A DNA stretch of 64,000 bases, taken from positions 544,001-608,000 of the forward strand of contig OY970212.1 of assembly GCA_963713925.1 (NCBI GenBank). Reading direction: 5' to 3'. Source of the DNA: an uncultured bacterium (lineage in GTDB: Bacteria; Babelota; Babeliae; Babelales; Vermiphilaceae). Below the pieces are notes generated by a model. That model did not search any database. It was not told the DNA's origin and saw only the letters and a program-made list of their open reading frames with translations. Position 1 is the stretch's first letter, and each line of letters starts with the position of its first letter. Made by a program: the position numbers and the translations under genes. Of the stretch, positions 57,576 to 64,000 are shown one piece after another.

Positions 57576-59519
57576 ATGTTTATAACAGTTCTCTTTTCAC
57601 TACTCTTTTATAATTCGCTCTTTTCATACAATCCCGATAATCCTGAAATACCTTTTATTCCTGAAGAACCTGAAAAACCGCTTTACAATCCTCAACATAC
57701 TGATGATATTTATCGTGAATTCGGTATCGGGCAGTATGGTAATCGAAGAAAGTGGTTGAATCTTAATTGGGTAAGTAAAGATTCAGCTCTTTTTGAACGG
57801 CATAGAGAATGTAAGAATTGGTCACAAAAAGAATATGTTGTGGCAATAATTCATCAATGTTGTAATGAAGTTTCATTCCGAGATGATGATAGTGCTTCTC
57901 TCAACGGATACAATCTTTTTTACTCTGACGGTAGAAGACATTTTTATCTTCACCGTAATGATGAAGATCAGATTTTGAATCAAGCCGATTTGTATGAGTA
58001 TCAAGAATTTAGAAATATGGCGAGCTTTTTGGCCGGTTATAAAAATAAAATCCGCCAATTGTATTCGCTCATTCAATCGAATCAAAATGTACGAAATCAA
58101 TTGCGTCAGAATGCCATACGAGCAATTGAACAGCAGTATGAGGCTGTTCAACAACAAGAAGCCGCACGAGAGAAAGCTATAAGAGATTGGCAAGAGCAAG
58201 AAGCGCGCATAGAACAACAAGAGGTGGCTGCCAAAAGATTGCGTGAAGAACAAGAAGCATTCAGAAAACTTGGAGCTAAACGAACTGAAATCAGAAACAC
58301 TTTTAACGACCACTTAGCAGTTATCAAAAGTGAATCACAATCGTGGAATGATCTATCTGATATCACTCGTGAGTATAGTTTGTCATACGAACATCTTGAT
58401 AAACGAAACTCCGCGCTTGAAGCGATGAATAATGTAGGCGCAGTCTATACACAATCAAATTATGAGTTGAGTACTCCCATCGGTGGGATAATCAGTGAGT
58501 TTAATTATAATCCGAACACATTCACAACCAATTATGGCAATCAACTGCAACAGGTGGTTCATACAGAATGTATCGATATTTTAGGGCGTACAGCACAGTT
58601 GAATTTGGATGATTGCTTGTATGGTTACAGAGGGGATTTTGTTGATTGTATTGATGCGTCACGAGAATTTAATCAACTCGGACTAACTCACAAATCAACG
58701 GCAATTAATGATTTTTGTTGGACTATGCTTGATATCGGACAGGCAATGGGTAAAGGCGCGTGCCTCGGTGTATATTATGCGGCATATGATTTGGCGACTC
58801 ATCCCTTTCAAACGGGTCTTTGTCTTCTTGCCGGACAATATGTGTTGGCGTATCAAGCATGCAAGATTGCTTATGCGGTGGCTGATATTGCGATTACCTC
58901 ATGTTATGACAAAAGAACTGCTTATGAAAAGCTCGATTCCTATTTAGCGCCCGTTGATGCGTTGTTGACGCAATTTGAAAAAGGGGTTTCGGCAGCTCAG
59001 ATTGCTGGAACCGCAACGCAAGTAGCTGTTGGATACTATGCTCAGGGCAGGATGCTCAAAGGATTGAATTCTATTTATAGCAAGGCTCGAGTCAAGGCAG
59101 TTGATTTTATCAAGAGGTATCCACAAGCAGAACCGGAGCTATTTTTGACAACGCCTGAAGGAATGTTGTTGAAAAGTTCGGTTAATGAAGGTGGACATCA
59201 TTTTCCGCAACCTAATTCAGGTGCGGGAACATCGAAACCGAATTTCCTTGAAGAAGCTTTAAATAGAATAGATGTTAATAAAATTCGACATATTTTCAAC
59301 AAATCGGAACACAATTTGGCACCTCTTGTGAAAAAATTAGGTGGAAATGAAAACGTTATCAAAGAAGTTCTTCTGGCGCTTGAGGGAAAAATTCCGCAAA
59401 GCGGATTGTTTAAAGAGATTCCCGTTTCAGTGGGAGGATATATCGTTCATGTAAGGGGCATGGTTATAGATGGAATTCCTCGTATTGGAACACTTTTTAT
59501 AAAACCGGAGAATGTTTAA
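57576..59519 (+). CDS. Signal-peptide polymorphic toxin
   Basis: RBS aggag; signal peptide; coiled coil; helical core resembling the 1137-3324 protein; toxin-like tip HIFNKSEHNL...VRGMVIDGIPRIGTLF; abutting small downstream gene. Confidence 0.75.
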   Translation: MFITVLFSLLFYNSLFSYNPDNPEIPFIPEEPEKPLYNPQHTDDIYREFGIGQYGNRRKWLNLNWVSKDSALFERHRECKNWSQKEYVVAIIHQCCNEVSFRDDDSASLNGYNLFYSDGRRHFYLHRNDEDQILNQADLYEYQEFRNMASFLAGYKNKIRQLYSLIQSNQNVRNQLRQNAIRAIEQQYEAVQQQEAAREKAIRDWQEQEARIEQQEVAAKRLREEQEAFRKLGAKRTEIRNTFNDHLAVIKSESQSWNDLSDITREYSLSYEHLDKRNSALEAMNNVGAVYTQSNYELSTPIGGIISEFNYNPNTFTTNYGNQLQQVVHTECIDILGRTAQLNLDDCLYGYRGDFVDCIDASREFNQLGLTHKSTAINDFCWTMLDIGQAMGKGACLGVYYAAYDLATHPFQTGLCLLAGQYVLAYQACKIAYAVADIAITSCYDKRTAYEKLDSYLAPVDALLTQFEKGVSAAQIAGTATQVAVGYYAQGRMLKGLNSIYSKARVKAVDFIKRYPQAEPELFLTTPEGMLLKSSVNEGGHHFPQPNSGAGTSKPNFLEEALNRIDVNKIRHIFNKSEHNLAPLVKKLGGNENVIKEVLLALEGKIPQSGLFKEIPVSVGGYIVHVRGMVIDGIPRIGTLFIKPENV

Positions 59520-60062
59520 ATGTGGAAACAGCAGCTTAGGAAACTTGAACAAAATAAAAAATGGGATGAGGGTATTTCTCTGCTTCAAGATGTTCTTGCG
59601 AAAAATCAGAATGATCTTGATGCATATATATGCCTGAATTATTTACTTATTAACTTGTTGATAGAAGAGGATTTTGATGACTCTAAACATGATTTTTATG
59701 CTCGGACGGCAAAGCAAGCCTTTGTCGATTCCTTCCAAAAATTTCATGATAATGCAGAATATTTATTTTTTACTGCAATTACCTGTTATATAGCGGAATA
59801 TTATTATGATCTTGATTTTTCACAAGTTCAAGCGATGATTCGAAGAGCGGTAGAGCTTGACCCTGAAAATATTTTGTATAAATGGGGCTATTATTTATAT
59901 TTACATCAAAACAATCCGGAGCACGCTAAAAAAGGTCTCCCGTATGCACATATTATACTTGATAAGCATTCTCGAGAGCATAAGTATCTGGAATCAAAGG
60001 GCGCAATAGGATTTTATATTCTCGATATTATGCAAAACTCTACGAAAGAGCTTTCCAATTAA
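59520..60062 (+). CDS. Putative immunity protein (helical/TPR-like)
   Basis: ATG immediately after the toxin TAA; RAVELDPEN TPR-like motif. Confidence 0.68.
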   Translation: MWKQQLRKLEQNKKWDEGISLLQDVLAKNQNDLDAYICLNYLLINLLIEEDFDDSKHDFYARTAKQAFVDSFQKFHDNAEYLFFTAITCYIAEYYYDLDFSQVQAMIRRAVELDPENILYKWGYYLYLHQNNPEHAKKGLPYAHIILDKHSREHKYLESKGAIGFYILDIMQNSTKELSN

Positions 60063-61582
60063 ATTCCTTTCATAAAGGGGGTTCGTTTGAATGTATTCCA
60101 TCTGAAAGTTCGAAGTGTGCCCAAAGTGAGCCGCCATAGTAGTCTATCGGCGGAATTAAGTATCAAATCGAAGGGCGAATGTGCGATGTAGAGCACATTT
60201 TCACCTTCGATTTTTAAGTTCGATAGAACAAGTGCAATTAACTGCCTCTTTTCTTCCACTTCCGAACTTTCAAAAAGATCATACGCACGGCTTACAAGAT
60301 CCAGTACATATTTTGCAGTCGTATAGTAGTTATCTTCAGCATCTTGTAATTGGCTCATGCGAGCTGCCAATTGTGCGCTTTCATCACGGAATGATTGGTA
60401 AAATCTGTCATATTCGCTCTCAGTAATTCTCCCGCGGAGTTTATCAAGGTACAAATTATCCATCATTTTGGTTACGTTTTTTTGTTCCTTTGTGATCTTT
60501 TCATATTCCTTGTTATGGAAATCTATTTTGTTTTGATGAACTTCATCTAATGTGCCCTTTATTTCTGCAAGGATGTCAGCTGGAACTTGGAGCCTTCTAA
60601 ATACAGAACGCAGTTGTTCAGTGACCTCTTCTTCACGAAGCCATTTAGCGCCATGCTTGCCTTTATATTGGGTGCAATGGTAGTAGACATTTCCTTTTTG
60701 TTCTTCTGCGGTGATGGCACAGTCGCAGTGTGCGCAACGAAGCATGCCTCGGTATATGAAAGGCTTGCCGGCAAATTTAAACGGCTTCTTATTAAAACCT
60801 TCGCGCACTTGTTTTGCTTGGTCATAAAGGGAAGGTGAGATGATGGTTGGGTAGCGATGTGGATATTCCTTTCCTTTCACGAGCATAACGCCATGAAAGA
60901 AAGGATTTTTCAAGATTTTACCCATTTGGCTTTTGGGCCATTTCAACCCATGTTCTGAATTTATCTTTTGCACTAATACCTCAGTCGAGTAAGTGCCGGA
61001 TGCATAGAGTTCAAATATTTTTCTGATGATATGGGCTGAATATTCATCAACAATGATATCCGTTGCTCCATTTTCTCGTTTTATATTTTTATACCCAAAG
61101 GGTGCTTTTGAAAGCCATTCGCTTTTGCGGAGCTTTTGCTCTTGGGCCCTTTTAACGTTGTCACTAATGGCATCCGAATAATATTTGGCCAATCCAAGGC
61201 TGATGCTAAATTGAAACTTTTCAACGGCGGAGATGCGGCTTGTGATCACTTGCCCATCAGAGACGAAATGAAGCTCGAGTTGATCACTGAGGGCTTTGTC
61301 ATAAAGAACTGAAATTCGCTTATCAAAGACGTTTCTTGAAAGGCGATCTACTTTATCGCAGCACACGGCAATCTTTTCAGGCTGATTGATTATAAGGTCA
61401 ATAATCCCATCAAATTCAGTACGATCGTCGGTATAGGCACTTTCATCAAAGCTGTAGACTTCCTGAATGGTAAAGCCTTTGTTCTGGCAATACTTTTCGA
61501 GCCGTGCCACCTGGGCGGGCAGAGAATTGCCGGCTTCTTTTTGTTCTTCTGTGCTGACGCGCGCTATTAGGATTGCTTTCAT
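60059..61582 (-). CDS. Large serine recombinase (integrase type)
   Basis: ARVSTEEQ catalytic Ser motif, DRLSRN, APFGY, zinc ribbon CAHC...YYHC, coiled coil. Confidence 0.93.
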   Translation of the reverse strand: MKAILIARVSTEEQKEAGNSLPAQVARLEKYCQNKGFTIQEVYSFDESAYTDDRTEFDGIIDLIINQPEKIAVCCDKVDRLSRNVFDKRISVLYDKALSDQLELHFVSDGQVITSRISAVEKFQFSISLGLAKYYSDAISDNVKRAQEQKLRKSEWLSKAPFGYKNIKRENGATDIIVDEYSAHIIRKIFELYASGTYSTEVLVQKINSEHGLKWPKSQMGKILKNPFFHGVMLVKGKEYPHRYPTIISPSLYDQAKQVREGFNKKPFKFAGKPFIYRGMLRCAHCDCAITAEEQKGNVYYHCTQYKGKHGAKWLREEEVTEQLRSVFRRLQVPADILAEIKGTLDEVHQNKIDFHNKEYEKITKEQKNVTKMMDNLYLDKLRGRITESEYDRFYQSFRDESAQLAARMSQLQDAEDNYYTTAKYVLDLVSRAYDLFESSEVEEKRQLIALVLSNLKIEGENVLYIAHSPFDLILNSADRLLWRLTLGTLRTFRWNTFKRTPFMKGI

Positions 61583-61769
61583 AATGATGCCTCTGCTAGA
61601 GATGAACCGTTTTATCGGCTAGCAGTGTATCATAAGCACGAGATTTCGATAGGAATTTTCGGTGGGGATGGTGGATGTTTGACACTGGTTGCTTATCATA
61701 TTAGGATTAATATTATGAGTAATTTGCGTTGTTAAATTTTATCATAAATATAATTGTAATAGGGATGCT

Positions 61770-62084
61770 ATGAAAAAAATATTGATTGCTTTTTTGGTGT
61801 TGACAATGCAAGTTGCAGTTGCAGAACTTTCTTATGATTCAAGAACGGGAAAATATTATTCGAAAAATGCACCCAGAAATATCAATCAAATCGAATACAA
61901 TGAACTTGCAGTTGTTTTTTTTAAAAGAATAAATAAAATACAGAACATTGTGCCAGGGGCTGAGATAGCAGGCGCTTTTGGAATGCTAAGAATGGTCGGA
62001 ACACCCACTGCTTTGCATTTGATTAAAGATTTAAAAGCTTGGTTCGAAGCAATAAATAACGATATGAAAGATATTGGTATATAA
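61770..62084 (+). CDS. Small secreted hypothetical protein
   Basis: Signal peptide MKKILIAFLVLTMQVAVA. Confidence 0.7.
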   Translation: MKKILIAFLVLTMQVAVAELSYDSRTGKYYSKNAPRNINQIEYNELAVVFFKRINKIQNIVPGAEIAGAFGMLRMVGTPTALHLIKDLKAWFEAINNDMKDIGI

Positions 62085-62098
62085 TCAAGGTTGCTTTC

Positions 62099-63196
62099 TT
62101 AGGATCGTGTTTTTTTAATGATAATTTTTTTGATGAAGGAAAGTGGAGATTGACTGATAGCGAGTTGGATGTCGTTTACTTCTGCCATCAGTCGAGACAA
62201 GGTTCTTTGATTTGAAACAGTAAGCATAGCTTGTAATTCTCTTATATTCAGAGCATCCATTACTTTCTTTAACCCGTAAATCTGCAACACCCGTCTCAAA
62301 CTCAGGTCAGGATTATAGAATATCAAATCGGCTAACAATGCTTTGCCGTCGGCTTTATAGTCGATTAACGTTGAACGTTTTCTTTCCACTTCATCGATGT
62401 AGTGACAGAGCACGCTTTTCGATATCGCGGGCTTGAAGAGTTTTTTAAATGAGAGATCACTCTTTATCCCGAGCTTGGTAAACAGTTGCTTCATTTTCTG
62501 CCGCTTGTTCAATCGAACTTCCATGCGCAAGACTTCTAATTTCTTTTTTCCATCAAGCGGAGGGAGGAAGTTCATTTGTATAGCATTATCTTTTTCCAGG
62601 CTTCATCTTTCGCTCTTCTTAGCCATGTGTAGATCTTTAATCTTGTCATAAAAAACCACCTCATAAGAATTACAATGCCATTTGTAGCTATGTCCTTCGT
62701 TACGGTAATCCGTTTGGTTGGTATCCAACGAGCGTTTGACGTTGGCCTCTTTTATCTTATTTATGTAATGGTAAGGGGTTGAGCCATCCGAGAGGATTAT
62801 GTTTTTTGAGTAATGGATGGTCAATACGGGTGCTTTTGCAAGTTCGGCGGTAGTTGTGACAACCCCCATGTCGGCAAGCACGGCGGCTAATTTTTCGACT
62901 AATCGATTGAAATCTTTGAATCTAAGCTCATGAAAGTTATTTCCAAAAAAGAGCTTAGGTAATGAGAGATCTATCTTGAGCATGATTTCTTGTCGGCCCG
63001 CGAGATTAGTTCTCCGAGCCAATGTAAGCCGTGGCTTATAAATGCCGGCAGCTAATTCTTTTTGTGTTGGATTTTGCTTGGATAAGATGCCCGATGTTGA
63101 TCGATCCAGCACCCACCGGGCGGATGGTTTGAACTTTTCAACATTCGTAACCTGAAAAGAATCTGAACCCAGAAGAAGAACTATCGTATCTATCAT
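62099..63196 (-). pseudogene. Phage/plasmid replication initiator-like gene with one in-frame TGA
   Basis: MIDTIVL...PRLT...SLPKLFFGNN...IHYSKN...FYDK...VLRMEVRL; ORFs 62603-63217 and 62099-62575 share a frame, joined as SER*SLEKDNAIQM. Confidence 0.75.
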
Positions 63197-63449
63197 GATC
63201 TGCCTTGCTATGAACAAATGCTGTGTGCATAAAAGATACCGTAGATACGGAGAAATAAAAAGGCTCGCTGCCTAAACGAGCCTTGATGGAGGTTATTTTT
63301 GTTTTAGATTTTGATTTACGAGTTGATTTGGTCTTTTTATCTTTGTTGACGCGCTTATCAACTTCCATAAGCAACATAACAAACGAAACCAAACGATTAC
63401 GATCATCGATCGACAAAGTCATTTTTATGGATTCTTTCTTCAAAGCCAT
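63138..63449 (-). CDS. Small basic hypothetical protein
   Basis: Lys-rich ORF immediately upstream of and overlapping the Rep gene. Confidence 0.45.
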   Translation of the reverse strand: MALKKESIKMTLSIDDRNRLVSFVMLLMEVDKRVNKDKKTKSTRKSKSKTKITSIKARLGSEPFYFSVSTVSFMHTAFVHSKADHDRYDSSSSGFRFFSGYEC

Positions 63450-63780
63450 AACTGCTTTCAGAGATATAAAATGTAGAGCTTATAAAGCTCACAATAACGT
63501 ATATTAATAAATTGGATGATGGGTGGATGAATCTTAGCTCTGTGTGAGACTATATTCGCGCCATAAAAAGAACAGACACGGTTTGTGGGCTGTAGTGACG
63601 TGCGATTGGTTCATTGTTATCTCCTTGGTGTCGATGCTTTTACTACTTCGAAGAAATAATAACGAGGAATATTGATAAAATCAAGCGGAAAACTTTTGTT
63701 TTATCCCATTGCGTCTTCTTGTTTTGTTACTTACCTTGTACTTAATATTGAATTAATCTATTTCAAAAAAGAGGTTTTTA

Positions 63781-64000
63781 ATGAAGAAAATTAACATGGC
63801 TCATTTGGAAGAAGCTTTTTTGTTACAGCAGTATGCGGAGGATCGAAAAATAATTTTTGAAAACCCAAGAGAGCGAGTGAAAGAGAATCAATTGCGTAAA
63901 GGCCAAAGTATACCGGATGCTATTATTCCTGAATTAAATGAGTGGGTTGAGCTTACCACTTTTTCTCGAAGTGAGAGAATGCGCTCACTGATCGGAGAAA
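63781..64000 (+). CDS. Hypothetical protein, possible PD-(D/E)xK fold (truncated by window end)
   Basis: RBS gagg; MKKINMAHLEEAFLL...IPDAIIPELNEWVELT; open to the window end. Confidence 0.55.
   Translation, partial: MKKINMAHLEEAFLLQQYAEDRKIIFENPRERVKENQLRKGQSIPDAIIPELNEWVELTTFSRSERMRSLIGE

Larger units (their letters stand above)
60059..63449 (-). mobile_element. Integrative element core (serine recombinase + Rep); boundaries uncertain
   Basis: Co-oriented recombinase and Rep-like gene about 2.7 kb downstream of tRNA-Asp; may extend to 57372 and beyond the window end. Confidence 0.65.

Noticed and set aside
62603..62605. In-frame TGA as evidence of a recoded genetic code or selenocysteine
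   Set aside because: Conserved genes such as gatA and sbcC end in TGA at the expected length; a CGA-to-TGA nonsense change is simpler.

Overview
Bacterial chromosome segment (genetic code 11) with housekeeping genes (rpoA end, rplQ, sbcC, pgm, nfo, gap, rnhA, putP, tatD, HU, serS, hemW, secD, pgsA, plsY, ATP-dependent ligase, rsmG, gatCA, dusB, mreC, sppA) and six tRNAs. These are interleaved with many signal-peptide proteins, several carrying eukaryote-like modules (BC/SOCS-box-like, F-box-like, MYND finger, PP2C, Sel1). The gene mix suggests an intracellular parasite of protists, probably Ca. Dependentiae/Babelota (inference). Main observations: (1) three polymorphic toxin-immunity loci whose toxins have plain N-terminal signal peptides. 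One is a frameshifted REase-fold toxin with four paralogous immunity genes plus an orphan toxin-tip/immunity relic. One is a Hint-domain toxin cassette inserted into sbcC that supplies a synonymously recoded replacement 5' end. One lies between tRNA-Asp and a serine-recombinase/Rep element. (2) Two paralogues with signal peptide + mitochondrial-presequence-like segment + glycine-zipper helices. (3) At least three families of palindromic repeats, including one fused to tRNA CCA ends and one inserted in frame in a CDS. No CRISPR array or rRNA was seen. All family assignments are from motif recognition by eye; no searches were run.
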